64,000 nt of DNA, from NCBI RefSeq assembly GCF_009914755.1, contig NC_060926.1; one strand, given 5' to 3'. Shown in pieces: positions 33,376-46,760 of this stretch (position 1 is the stretch's first letter; each line of letters begins with the position of its first letter). Position numbers and translations under genes: made by a program. The stretch is from the human T2T-CHM13v2.0 reference genome, Homo sapiens. Under the pieces are notes generated by a model, which was not told where the DNA came from, searched no databases, and saw only the letters and a list, made by a program, of their open reading frames with translations.

Positions 33376-36300
33376 TGATTTCCTGGATGTGACACCAAAG
33401 GGACAGGCAACAAAAGCAAAAGTAGACAAGTGGGACTACATCAACTAAAAAGCTTTGGCACAACAAAGGAAATAGTCAACAGAATTAAAATGTAACAGTA
33501 TTAGTCTGTTTTTACCCTGCTGATAAAGACATACCCAAGACTGGGAAGAAAAAGAAGTTTAATGGACTTACAATTTCACATGGCTGGGGAGACCTTACAA
33601 TCATGGTGGGAGGCAAGAAGGAGCAAGTGACATCTTACATGGATGGTGGCAGGCAAAGAGAGAGTTTGTGCAGGGAAACTCCCATTTTTAAAACCATCAG
33701 ATTTCATGAGACTTATTCACTATCACAAGAACAGCACAGGAAAGACCCACCCCCATGATTCAATTATCTCCCACTGGGTCCCTCCCACAGCATGCAGGAA
33801 TTATGGGCACTACAAGATAAGATTTTGGTGGGAACACACAGCCAAACCATATCATTACACCCCTGGTCCCTTCTAAATCTCATGTGCTCACATTTCAAAA
33901 CCAATCATACCTTCCCAACATTCCCCCAAAGTCTTAACTCATTTCAGCATTAACTCAAAAGTCCACAGTGCAAAGTTTCATCTGAGACAAGGCAAGTCCC
34001 TTCTGCCTATGAGCCTGTAAAATCAAAAGCAAGTTAGTTACTTCCTAAATACAATGGGGGTACAGGCATTGGATAAATACAGCCATTCCAAATAGAAGAA
34101 ATTGGTCAAAACAAAGGCCCCATGCAAGTCCAAAATCCAGAAGGGCAGTCAAATCTTAAAGCTCCAAAATGACCTCCTTTGACTCCATGTCTCACATTCA
34201 GGTCATGCTGATACAAGAGATGGGTTCCCATGGTCGTGGGCAGGTCCGCCCCTATGGTTTTGTAGGGAACAGCCTCCCTCCAGGCTGCTTTCATGGAATG
34301 GCATTGAGTGTCTGTGGCTTTTCCAGGCATGCAGTGCAAGCTGTTAGTGGATCTACGGTTTTGGGGTCTGGAGGATGGTGGCCCTCTACTCACAGCTCCT
34401 GTAGGCAGTGCCTCAGTAGGGACTCTGTGTGGGGGCTCTGATCCCACATTTCCCTTCTGGACTGCCCTAGCAGAGATTCTCCATGAGGGCCCTGCCCTGC
34501 AGCAAACTTCTGCATGGACATCCAGGCATTTCTATACATCCTCTGAATTCTAGGCAGAGGTTCCCAAACCCCAATTCTTGACTTCTGTACACTGGCTGGC
34601 TCAACACTATGTGGAAGTTGCCAAGGCTTGAAGCTTGTACCCTCTGAAGCCACAGCCTGTGCTCTACATTTGCTCCTTTCAGCCATGGCTGTAGCAGCTG
34701 GAATGCAGGGCACCAAGTCCCTAGGCTGCACACAGCATGGGGACCCTGGGCATGGCCCACGAAACCATTTTCCTCCTAGGCCTCCAGGCTTATGATGGGA
34801 GGGGCTGCCTTGAAGACCTCTGACATGCCCTGGAAACATTTTCCCCATTGTCTTGGGGATTAATATTTGGCTTCTCATTACTTATACAAATTTCTGCAGC
34901 CGGCTTGAATTTCTCCTCAGAAAATAAGATGTTCTTTCTATTACATTGCCAGGCTGCAAATTTTCTGAACTTTTACGCTCTGCTTCCCTTATAAAACTGA
35001 ACACCTTTAACAACACCCAAGTCACCTGTCCAAGGCTTTGCTGCTTAGGAATTTCTTCCACCAGATACCCTAAATCATCTCTCTCCAGTTCAAAGTTTCA
35101 CAAATCTCTAGGGCAGGGGCAAAATGCCACCAGTCTCTTTGCTAAAACATAACATGAGTCACTTTTGCTCCAGTTCTCAACAAGTTCCTCATCTGCATCT
35201 GAGACCACCTCAGCCTGGATTTCATTGTCCATATCATTATCAGCATTTTGGTCAAATCCATCAAACCACTCTCTAGGGAGTTCCAAACTTTTCCACATTT
35301 TTCTCTCTTCTTTTGAGCCCTCCAGACTGTTCCAACCACTGCCTATTACCCAGTTCCAATGTCACTTCCACATTTTCAGGTATCTTTTCAGCAGCACCCC
35401 ATTTCTGGTACCAATTTAGTGTATTAGTCAATTTTCATGCTACTGATAAAGACATACCCAAGACTGAGAAGAAAAAGAGGTTTAATGGACTTACAGTTCC
35501 ACATGGCTGGGGAGGCATCACAATCATGGTGGGAGGCAAGGGGCAGCAGGCAAAGAGAAAGAGAGCTTGTGCAGTGAAACTCCTATTCTTAAAACCATCA
35601 GATCTCATGAGACTTATTCACTATCACAAGAACAGTATAGGAAAGATCCACCCCCATGATCCAAGTATCTCCCAACCAGGTCCCTCCCACAACAGTGGGA
35701 ATTATGGGAGCTACAAGATGAGATTTGGGTGGGCACCCAGAGCCAGACCATATTGGCAACTTACTAAATGGTAGAAAATATTTGTGAGCCATATATCTGA
35801 TAAGAGAGATCAATGTATCCTTTGGGATATGTAATATATTCTTATATTACTGAATTTGGGTATCCCAATATCCAAAATATCCAAGGAACTCCTACATCGT
35901 CATGCATGAGTGCACAACACACACATACACACACACATATAATGAGTAATTAAAAAATAGACAAAGGACTTGAATAAATTATTTGTCCAAAGAAGACATA
36001 CGAGTGGCCAACAGGAATGTAAAAATAATGCTCAACATCACTAATCATCAGGAAAATGTAAATCAAAACTACAATGAGACATCACTTCACACCTCTTAAG
36101 ATGGACATAAAAAATAATGAAAATGAAACAAAATAACAAATGTTGTCAAGGATGTAGAGAAATTGGAACCCTTGTGAACTGTTGATGAGAATGTAAATGA
36201 TGCAGCCACTATGGAAAACAATATGAAGCATTCTCAAAAAAGTAAAAATATAATTACCATATAATTTAGCAATCCCACTTCTATCCAAAATAATTGAAAC

Positions 36301-36440
36301 AGAATCCCAAAGAGATATTTGCAAGTTGATGTTCATTGCAACATTATTCACAATAACCAAGATCTGGAAATGACCTAAATGTCCATTGACAGATGAATGG
36401 ATAAAAGAAAATGTGGCATATGCAGAAAATGGGATATATG
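33376..36440 (+). mobile_element. L1M ORF2 end and 3' region, interrupted by THE1B
   Basis: gacaccaaagggacaggcaacaaaagcaaaagtagacaagtgggactacatcaa resumes at 35756 as gcaacttactaaatgg...tccattgacagatgaatggataaa. Confidence 0.85.
33497..35755 (-). mobile_element. Full-length THE1B (3' LTR 33497-33854, internal 33855-35419, 5' LTR 35420-35755)
   Basis: Two THE1 LTRs around about 1.56 kb of THE1-int sequence; TSD GTAAC/GCAAC. Confidence 0.92.
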
Positions 36441-36459
36441 CCATATGTATATATTGAGT

Positions 36460-39400
36460 GCTGAAAGAGAGAAAAAGAAGCAGAAAAAAAAATTTACAGG
36501 AATCATGGCTTTAAAATTCCCAAATCTGATAAAAAATATTAATCCACAGATTTAAGAGGCACCATTAACCGCAGGTAAAATAAACACAAGGAGATCCGCA
36601 CCAAGACATGTCATGGTCGACTGTTGATAAACAAAGACAATGAGAAAATATTGAAGGCAGCAGGAAAAAAATTACTCATTGGACACTAGGGAAAAATGTG
36701 ATTAATATCTAACTTCTCATCAGAAACTATGAAAAATCAAGACAATGAAATGACATTGCTCAACTGTTGATAGAATAAAAATAAGAACTTCATATTCTTA
36801 TTCTGAAGGCAAAATCATGATATTTTCAGAATTAAAGACAAAAACAAAATAAAATAAACTAAGAATTTTTTGCTAGCAGTCTTGTCTTATAAGAAATAGT
36901 AAAGGAGGTCATTAAGGCAGTAAGGTTATCAGATGGTAATTTAAATCCATAGGGAAAAATGAGGAGTACCTTAAATAATAAATATGTGGATAAACATAAA
37001 AGGCTGTATAAATATATTTTTTCTTTTTATTTCTCTTCTTTTTTTAAAAAGAAATAGATTGCATAAGGCAATAATTATAACACTGTATTGTTGGGCTCAT
37101 CACACATATATGTGCAATATATGTGATAGTATTAGGACAAGGAGGGGAGAGAAAATGAAGTTATACTGGAGCAAAATTGCTGTGTTTAACTGGAATTAGG
37201 TCAATATTAACCAGAATTAATTTTTGATAATTTAGGAGGCATATTGTAATCTCTAGAATAACCAATAAAAAGAAAAACCCAAAAATGTAGTTACAAAATC
37301 AACTGAAATTTCCACTTTTGGCCAAAATGTAGTAAGTGAGACTAAATTTGTTCTCTCACCTAAAATGACATAGCAGAAGAAAACAAAAAATTAGACCAGT
37401 TATATAAAACAATAGTTTTCAAGATACTGGATAATATGCATTGAAAGACAATGACGTCTGAAAGATGGGACACGATTCCGATAAGCTGTACAGCTGTCTC
37501 TGCTTCCTGCCTTGGGAGAGTCTCCAGACTATGGCACAGAGAAGGGGAACCCAGGCAGAGTCTGGGGGACTCCATTAGTTAAGGTGAAACTGAGAGTCTA
37601 GGGAAATTAAGGCAGATAGAGGTCACAGCACAAAGCTCTGGAAAGCAGAGAAGTAAACAGAAAGACAACCCTGGAGATCTGCAGAGGAGTCTTCTCAAAT
37701 ATTCAGTACAATAGCAATCAATGCAATTATTTAAGGAAACTACCTGAGACTAGAGAAAGAACAATTTAAAAGGATTAGTGATAACAGTGTTCAGCACTCA
37801 CACGAGGCCAGAAATAATGCTTGGTTTTCACCAATCAGCCTGAGAAACCTCATGATTTATGGGACCCTGGGTAAAGTACCTAGAGTACTCTGGTTTCGGC
37901 TAACCAATCTTTAAAACAAGAATCAAAAAACGGAACTGTTCCTGAATAACCTAACTGAATCCCAGAACAAAACTCAAGAATATTTATAAGGATGCAAAAA
38001 TATTGATCACCCAAGAAGGTAAAATACATAATGTCTAAAATCCAATAAAAAATTAAAAGATACAAAGAGAAGCAAGAAAATATGACCATCATGAGGAAAA
38101 AAGAAATCAATTGAAACTATCCCAGAACAGACACAACATCAGAATTAGAAGTGAAGAACGTTAAGCAATTATTATAACAGTATTCTATTTAAGAGTTACG
38201 TAGAGCAACGGATGATAAAAACCAACCAAATCAAATGTCTAAAGATGAAAACTACAATGCTTTAGATACAAAATGTACAAAATGGGATTAATAACAGACT
38301 AGATATTGCAGAAGTTAATGCTAATGATTTTGAAGACATGGCAGTAAAACTACCCACAATAAAACATGGAGGGAAAAAATAATTGCAAAAAAATTAAAGG
38401 GCTCATTTAATGCAAAAGAAAGCAGTAGAAGAGAAACAGAGGAATAAAAAAGACATGAGAAATGCAGAAAACAAAAAATAAAATGAGGGACATAATTCCA
38501 ACTATATCAATAATAACATTAAATGTAAACTGATTAACTAATTCAATAAAAAAGCAGAAATTGTCAGTCAGACTGAATAAAAGAACATGAACCAACTCTA
38601 TGCTATCTACAGGAGGCAGACCTGAGATTGGAAAATACAAAATAGATTGAAAGTAATAGGATGGGAACGAAAAGCTGGAGATCATGGGTGAGCAGGACAA
38701 CTCTTCAAGGAGGTCTGAAACGGCTGGAGATGGCAAGGAAAGCACTTTGATTTAGGTTTCTTATCGTGATTATGAAGTGGGGCCGGGATAATACCTCCCA
38801 TGTGTGGGCACCTATGTCAGTCATTTGGAAAATGTAAAATAAAATCACAATGAGATACCACTTTACAACCACTAGAATGGCTATAATGAAGAAGGCTGAC
38901 AATATCTATCAATTGTTGGCAAAGACGTAGAGAAAGGGAAATACTCTTACATTTCTGCTAAAAATGTAAAATGATATATAGCCATTTTGAAAAACAGTTT
39001 TATAGTTTCTTAAAAACTAAGCTGACACACACCATCTGATTCAGTTGTTCCACTCTTAGATATCTACCCAAAAGAAATAAAAACGTATTCCCACAAAGAT
39101 TTGTATACAAATAAATATTCATAGCATTTTTTCATGATAATGAAAAACTGGAAACAATTCAAAAGTCCATCAGCTGGTGAATAGATAAACAAAATGTGGT
39201 ATATCCATGCACTCAAATACTACTCAGAAATAAGAAGGAATGAACTGTTGATACATGCTCCAGCATGGGTGATCCTGAAAAACACTGTAAGTGAAAGATT
39301 CCAGACACAGGAAACATCAGATTGTATGATTCCATGTACGTGAGTTTGGGGAAGGGACAAATCTGCAGACACAGAATTCAGGGCAGTTGTTGCGTGGGCA

Positions 39401-39570
39401 GCAGGTAGACACAGAGATTGACGGCAAGTGGACAAGAGGCAACCTTTTGGAGTGATGGAAGTGTTCAAAAGCTGGATTGTGATGATTGTACAATGCTATA
39501 TATTTACTAAATATCATCATCAATGCACGCTTATCCTGTGGCATGTAAATTATACCTGAACAAAGCTGTT
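36460..39570 (+). mobile_element. Mosaic of ancient L1M (MC/MD/ME-like) 5', ORF1, ORF2-start and 3' fragments
   Basis: aaattcccaaatctgataaaa...atcagaaactatg (ORF1); tatcaataataacattaaatgtaaa (endonuclease start); tgtatgattccatgta...aaattatacctgaacaaagctg (3' end). Confidence 0.7.
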
Positions 39571-40559
39571 TTTACAAAGCCTACACAGTGAAAAAACTCT
39601 TTTATCTGTGTATACGTTGGGGCTTTTTAATGCAGCCACATCACTGTCATGCATGTTCAACACCTGTAGGTAATAACTTGCTCCAGATCCCATGTGTCTT
39701 CTTACTCATTCGTTATCCCATCTTTTCTGTTCCAGCAACTTGAGTCACAGTGAAAGTCAAGGGTTAACAAACACAGAAATTACTGCCTCTGTTTAATAAT
39801 CAAATATCTTTTTTTGTTTTTGAACAGAAGGGCTTTCTGTAAAGGAGAATTCAAACAAAATTTTTATAATAAAAGACTACAAATATGTTTTCAAAAGATC
39901 TGACAATTTTTTTCTTTTGCTTAAGGAATTAAGGCCTAAACAGTAAGGCCTTATTATTATTCAAGAGGAATAATAGAAAAAAAGTGTTTCTATGTGATTT
40001 TCCATTATGTTAGGTAGGTAATGGAAGATGAAAGAGAAGGAAGTCAGTTTTGCCTGACCCTGAGGTTTCCAGGGCTGCTGAGCTATCATAACCAGTGATG
40101 CCCCACACAGCTACTGCTCCCAGAACAGGTCAAGATGCTGCTCAGTTAGATTGGCACAGAAGGAGAACTGCATCTTGAGATTGGAGAATATTTTCTAGTG
40201 TAACTAACCAATTTTAGGAGCTTGAGGTTCCAATTCCAGTACTAATTAATTTTGCCAAAGTCTAAGCTTTTCTAATATGAAACTGGAGGCTATAAAACCA
40301 CGTTTGTGATGATTTTGTAGCCCAAGATGGATTTGAAAACACAGGAGACATGGCTTCCTGTCCCACTGATACAGTCTTTTGGCAATGGACAGCTAACAAC
40401 AATCTGGGCTGAACACCCTGAGGAAGGGAAGGCTTTATGAAGAAGAGTTGTACCTTTGGGCACCAGGAAAATGCAGCTTCATTTAATGTGAATTAGAACT
40501 ATTGGTATGGGTTTGTTTTAACTTTTGATCCGCAGAAATTTCTTATCATTGACATTAAA

Positions 40560-42800
40560 ATAAAAATTTATTAATTATGAAATATTTAAAAACACTAAAA
40601 TAGAGCCTGTATGTGCTGTCATTTATATATTCAAAACCAAGATTGATGAAGCTGTTAACTCTTTGATATTTTTGCTTCAGATTGTTCTTTTCAAAGCAAA
40701 TTAAATTAAAGTCTGCCCTCCCTAGACCAAACTTTTCACCCTCCCTCTCCAGAAATTACCATTTTCCTGGAGTTGGTGGGAATGGTTATTATATATTTTT
40801 TGTACTTTTACAATGTGTCTACATCTACATATATTTACTGTTGTTTTCAAGTTTTAAAATGTCCATAAATGGCATCTTATTCTGTAAATTTGCATGTGTG
40901 AACCATTATTGAAGAAAGTTTCCATGTGCCTCTTCACAGACCATCTTCATTCCTCAAGGTAAAAACTATTCTGATGTTTATCACAATAGATAAGTTTTGC
41001 CTGTTTAAAACATTATATAAATAAAATCATCAGTATGTACCTTTTTATGTCTGACTTCTTTTTGTATTTTATAAAAATAAATTGAAAAAGAAGACCTTTG
41101 GCCTGAATTTTTTTTATTTTTAAATTTATTATTTACTTATTTATTTAATGAATTTATTTACATTTTGAGACAGGGGCTCACTGCGGTGCCCAGGCTAGAA
41201 TGCAGTGGTTCAATCACAGCTCGCTGCAGTCTTGACCTCCTGGGCTCATGATTCTCCCACCTCAGCCTCCCAGGTGTGCACCACCAGACCTGGCTAACTT
41301 TTTTATTTTTTGTAGAGATGAGGTTTTGACACATTGCTGAGGCTGGTCTCAAGCTCCTGGGCTCAAGCCATCCTCCCATCTCAGCCTCCCAAAGTGCTAG
41401 GATTACAGCTGTGAGCCACCGTGCCTGGCCTGTGTCTGGCTTCTTTTGCTGAATGTTTGATCTGTAAGATTCAATCATGTTGTGAGTTGTAGTGGTTCAT
41501 TCTTACTGCATAATGTATTCTATTGTAAGAGTATGTACAGTGTATGTATCCATTCTACTGTTGTTAGATATTTGTGTGGTTTCCATATGAATAAGTTGCA
41601 TGTCTTTATAGACATATCCACTTACTCTCTTGAGTGTATAACCAGGAGTGGAACTTTTAGGTCATAGAGTAAGCTTATGTTGCACGTTTGCTGATATTTT
41701 CATCACCAATGTCTAAAAGTTCTAGCTGCTCTACGTACTTATCAAAGCATGGTATTGTCTGACATCTTTTTAATTTTAACCATTTTGGTTAATGTGTAGT
41801 GGTGTCACATTGTTTTAATTTGCACTTACCTAGTCATTAACTTTGGGCATCTTTTCATGTGCTTGATAGCCACTTGGATGTTCTCTTTCAGGAAGTGCTT
41901 AGTAGATTATTTTGCCCCTTAAAAATTGGGTTGTTATGCTTTTTCTTACTGATTTGTAAGGATTTTGAAATAGTTTGGACTCTACTTTTTGTCACTTATA
42001 TGCCTTACAAATGCCTTCTTCCAATTGGTGGATTATTTTTGCTCCTTTAACTGTGGCTTTTGATGAGCAGAAAGTTTTAATTTTGATTATATCTAATTTA
42101 TTAGTGTTTTAAGGGCAGTGCTTCTGGTGTCTTGTTTAAAGTGCATATAGTTTACAACTTGATTTTTCATCTAACATTGCATGCTTTTCTGTTTTGAAAA
42201 AGTATTTAATTGATGAAAAAAGGTTATATATATTCAAGGTATACACGATGATTTGATGTATATATACATCATATAGATAATCAAATTAACGCATCCATCA
42301 CTACCCATGCTGTGTCATCACTGCACTTTTGAAACATGTTCCTGTTGATAAATTTAATCTAAAATACCCATTTCAAACATATATATAGTATTTATGTTGT
42401 ACAAATAAATCACAATTAATTTACACATTCTATTGAATAAATGTTGTGCTTTCTCCCATCTTTGTTTTAATTAAAACAAAGTTATGCTCAGTGTGTACAA
42501 ATATGTCACTTCAAGCTCATATTACTCCAGATTAGATAGTTAGAAGTGAAATTCCTGCAGCAAACTGCTCTGATGGTACTTACCTGCATTCCCACTGACA
42601 AAACATAAACGTTCTTCTTTCCTCTCCTCCATGCCAACGCTTGCCGTAACTGATGCTAAATTTTTTCAGTTAATTGGAAATGTAATCACACTTTGATAAT
42701 AGTGATTATCACCAGGGAAAACATTTCTTCCTTTGCTTATTGGTGATTAAAATGTCTTCTTGAGTTGCTTGTTCTAGTCCTTTGACACATTTTCTATTAG
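40560..42800 (-). mobile_element. Ancient L1ME-like fragments containing an AluJ
   Basis: aaatcatcagtatgtac...gattcaatcatgttgtgagttgtag...ttttaatttgcactt...gcagaaagttttaattttgat. Confidence 0.7.
41063..41430 (-). mobile_element. AluJ plus 45 bp of extra 3' sequence, inside a 17-bp TSD
   Basis: Alu body 41167-41430, T-rich tail 41108-41166, extra 41063-41107; TSD 41046-41062 and 41431-41447 (15/17). Confidence 0.85.
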
Positions 42801-42944
42801 GTCAATAGTGCATCTGTGACAGCATGCACAGAAGGCTTTACTGGTGGTCTTCAGAGCTCCAAGTCTTTCTGAGGACACCCTCCTTCCACGGTAATACCAT
42901 CATCTGAAGTCTAAAAAGAAGTCTGCTAAATGCTATATGTTAGC

Positions 42945-43412
42945 TTCATGTTTCCTGTGGCTGCTGTAACAAATTACCACAAACTTACTTGCATTAAACA
43001 ACAGAAATTTACTTTCTTACAGTTAGAGGCCCAGCTTGAAATGAGTCTGAAAGGTGTCACCAGGCAAGTTCCTTTGGAAGCTCTAGGGGAGAATTTGTGC
43101 TCTGGTTTTTCAAGCGTCTGGATATGCCTGCATTCCTTGGCTCGTGACCCCTTTCTTGCATCAGTTGTCTTTCCTCCCTCTGCTTCCAGAGTCACATTGT
43201 CTTCTTCTGTAGTAAAATCTCCCTCTGCCTCTCTCTTCAAAGGACTATTGTGATTACATTGGGCCTACCTGGCTAATCCAGGATAATCTCTCCATTTCAA
43301 AATCCTTAATTTAATTACATCTGCAAAGTCTGTTTTGCCATACATGGTAACATGCTCAAGTTCCAGGGTTTAGGACCTGGTTTTTCTTGGGAACCATTAT
43401 TCAGCCTACCAC
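42945..43412 (-). mobile_element. MLT1C-like MaLR LTR
   Basis: tttcctgtggctgctgtaacaaattaccacaaact...ccattattcagcctaccac. Confidence 0.85.
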
Positions 43413-43735
43413 CCCTTCACACTGCTCTCAAGAGTACTTCAGGGAGCTCATAAATCTAGTAAGATTACCATCCACCCACTGACAGTGGTAGTCAAACAGG
43501 GCTGATTGCCAAAGAAGATTCACAGGATCTAAAATAATAATGCTGTTCATCCGCAGATTATTGCAGGAAAAGGGTGCAATGGAACCATGATATTAAAGTA
43601 AACATATGCTTCCCAGTCAAAGGCTGGCTCACAATTAGGGGTTCAGGGACATTGAGCACAAGCTCTAACTGTCTTGCCTCTGCAGGACCACATCAATGTG
43701 TTTTCTCTCAGATCAGGAACCACCAACAGGAGTAT

Positions 43736-44082
43736 TGTATTAGTCAGTTTTCATGCTGCTGATAAAGACATACCTGAGACTGGGCAATTTACAAAAGATG
43801 TTTAGTGGACTTACAGTTCCACATGGTTGGGGAGGCCTCACAATCATGGTGGAAGGCAAAGAGGAGCAAGTCACATCTTACATGGATGACAGCAGGCAAA
43901 GAGAGAGAGCTTGTACAGTTGAACATCCCTTTTTAAAACCATCAGATCTCGTGAGACTTATTCACTATCAGGTAAACAGCAAGGGCAAGACCTGGCGATT
44001 CAATTACCTCCAGGCAAGTCCTTCCCACAACATGTGGGAATTCAAGATGAGATGTGGGTGGGGACACAGCCAAACCATATCA
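43736..44082 (-). mobile_element. THE1B solo LTR
   Basis: tgtattagtcagttttcatgctgctgataaagacatac...cagccaaaccatatca. Confidence 0.9.
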
Positions 44083-44104
44083 TGCATGAAGCATTACAGG
44101 AAAT

Positions 44105-44784
44105 TCTTATGATTTTATGATTCCTTGGCATCCATTTTGGATATAAGCTTAACATTCTCATACCAGCACAGGGCTTGGTCACCCTTGACAGTTTCCAGTT
44201 CTCTAACTCTTCCCAGTTCCTCAGTGTGGTTGGTCCAGATATCTGCCTTATACAACTGCCTGCTGGTAACCACCTCCATATGAGATAGCTGAATATAACC
44301 TAGTTGATGTGGTCACTGACCCCCAACCCCTGCATGGACCATGCGGATATGCCACAGTAACCACCTTGCAGTCACGGCATGACCTCCTGGAACTCATACC
44401 CGCTTGCTTTAAACCTAGCAATTAGAACTGAGGGAAATCTCTTTAGGTAATGCCCTGGACCCCTGTAAAGGTTTTGTTTTGGCCCACAGACCCCTAGTTC
44501 TCTCTCTCTTACTCTCTACCTGCTGGTTGAAGGTACATGTCCTGGCCCCTCCCCACCTTCTTGTTGATCCTGCGAGGTATGCTGCCCTTTTTTGCTCTGA
44601 AGCTGTGAGTAAGAAAACTGCTTTCATTATTCCATGTGATTTGATGTTCAGCATCTTGTGTGTGACTGACACACCGAAACCTACATGTTTTCCAGGTCAG
44701 GGGTTTCCTAGAAAGTGGCTATCTTGGTTGATGGCCACTCTGAAGAGAGAGACTTCAAAACCAAATTAGAGGAAAATACAACAA
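44105..44784 (+). mobile_element. MER74-like ERVL LTR
   Basis: ggcttggtcacccttgacagtttccagttctc...ccagatatctgccttatacaac...ccaaattagaggaaaatacaaca. Confidence 0.6.
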
Positions 44785-45679
44785 GCACCTTGAAACAAGG
44801 GAGGCCAAAATTGAGTCTTGGCTAAGGCTTCTTATACCCTACTGCTTACATAGGCGTACTCTTGCTACATAACCAGCCCCAGTGTCATCAATAAACAATG
44901 CTAACAAGCTGGTATAAACTGCCTCGAGTTCCCCTTGGAACCATAATTACAAATAATACTTCTAATTTTATGTCATGATCATGGGCCAGTACCATGAAGA
45001 TAAAACTTTTACTCAGCAAAATATCTCATGGCTAATCCCAGGCCTACCAAAATGAATCCTCAAATCCCAACCACATTTTGCCATGTGTGACCCCAATAAA
45101 CAGCCTCAGTGACCATCCCAGGAAGACTCGAAAATTGATTATGCATCTCCCCTAAAAGACCATCAGAAGCAATTTAATATGACTGTTTTCCCACATCAGA
45201 TCATCCACCATTTCCAGGACTTTGATCTCAAATGGTTTGTATATTCTGTAATGTAACTAAATTTCTCACTCCTTCCCAGAGCTTTTCTCTGCCCTCATAG
45301 GAGCTCAGTATGACATCAGTAAATTTGTCTATATTCTAAATATCTTCTAGGAATGTTCTCTTCACTTTCTTATTGTATCTGAAATATAGACATATCTTAA
45401 GAACTTTGTCCCTACCCAGCGGTCCTCTCAAGTGGAGGCTATTTTTTTTTCTCTTACAAATTGAAGAGTCTAGAGGTAGGATAAGTTTGTTTTTAAGTTT
45501 TCATTGTCACATTTGCTCAATGCTATACTCTCCATACTAAAAAGTTCTAGCTTTAAGTAACTTCTATTTTCATTCTAGTTGCAGTTTTCTTCCCATATCC
45601 TGATTAGCCTCACTTTACTTACCCTAACTCTTCCCTCCCTTCCCCACCCTTTTCTTCTCCCTCCTCTCCCTTCTCCACA

Positions 45680-46760
45680 AACTCACTGTGATCTCATCCA
45701 GTACTAAATTTGTATCTTTTTCCAAGACTTCATATCTTCAATTTCCTATATTACATTTCTGCTTAAATCTCTATTGGGCATCTCCAACATTACTTGCTTA
45801 AACAGAACTTTTGATGGCACTCCCCACCCCCACCCTGCTATCTCCAAATAAATAACTGTCCTCCCTCAGATTTCCCCATTTTAGAAAGTGCTATTACTAC
45901 TTAACAAACTCCTTGGGCTGAAAAACCTAGAGTCATCCTCGGTTCCTCATTCTTCATCTCCCACATCTATCAGGAAGCACTGTTTGCTTTATCTCCAAGA
46001 TACATTCCATAACCACTGCCTTCTCTCCATTACCACTGCTGCTACTGTAGTGAGATCCACCATCTCTCTTCTCTATATTAGTGCAACAGCATTCTAACAA
46101 TCTTACTATAATGACTTCCACTCTTGACCTCTCAGAATCAATTCTACACATACTTGGCAAAATTACTTTTCTAAAATTAAAATCAGATAAAGCATTCTTC
46201 ACTTATAATTCTCCAATGGATTCACGTTGCACTCAGAATAAAGCCCAAATGACTTTCTAAGTCCTGTGGGTCACTATATGCACCGATGCCTGTTTAAATT
46301 GACCAGGCTCATCGCTTGCTATTTTCCAGTATACTTAGTCCATGGGTTTTCTTGCTGTGCCTTGAATATATCATGTGTGTTTCTGCTTCATAAGCTTTTC
46401 ATTTGTTTTTCTCTCTTTCTGGGATGTCCTTCCTCTAGAGGTTTGCGCAATTGGATCTCTCATTTCATCTGGGTTTCTGTTTACCTCTTTAGAGAAGACT
46501 TTCCCTGCCTGCTCATTAAAAAGACCACTGCCCGACCCCAGCTGACAACAATCCTGATCTACTTTGCTATATTTTCATCACAGCACCAATGAAAAGACTT
46601 TATTATGTATGTACTTATATACTCAGTTATTTTTTAATGTGTGCATTTTAAAATTTCTAGAATCTAAGTTCCATCTGAGTAGGATCTTAGTTTTTTCAGG
46701 ATCTGGAAAGCTTCCTAGCATGTAGTAGATGCTCTATCACCATTTGTCAAAGGAAGCATT
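45680..46760 (+). mobile_element. L2 LINE fragment
   Basis: aaaacctagagtcatcct...aaatcagata...tccaatgg...cttcctagcatgtagtagatgctc. Confidence 0.7.

Noticed and set aside
34106-35774. ORFs of 113-162 aa
   Set aside because: They lie in THE1-int and LTR sequence on both strands, as is typical for THE1 copies; not a host gene.
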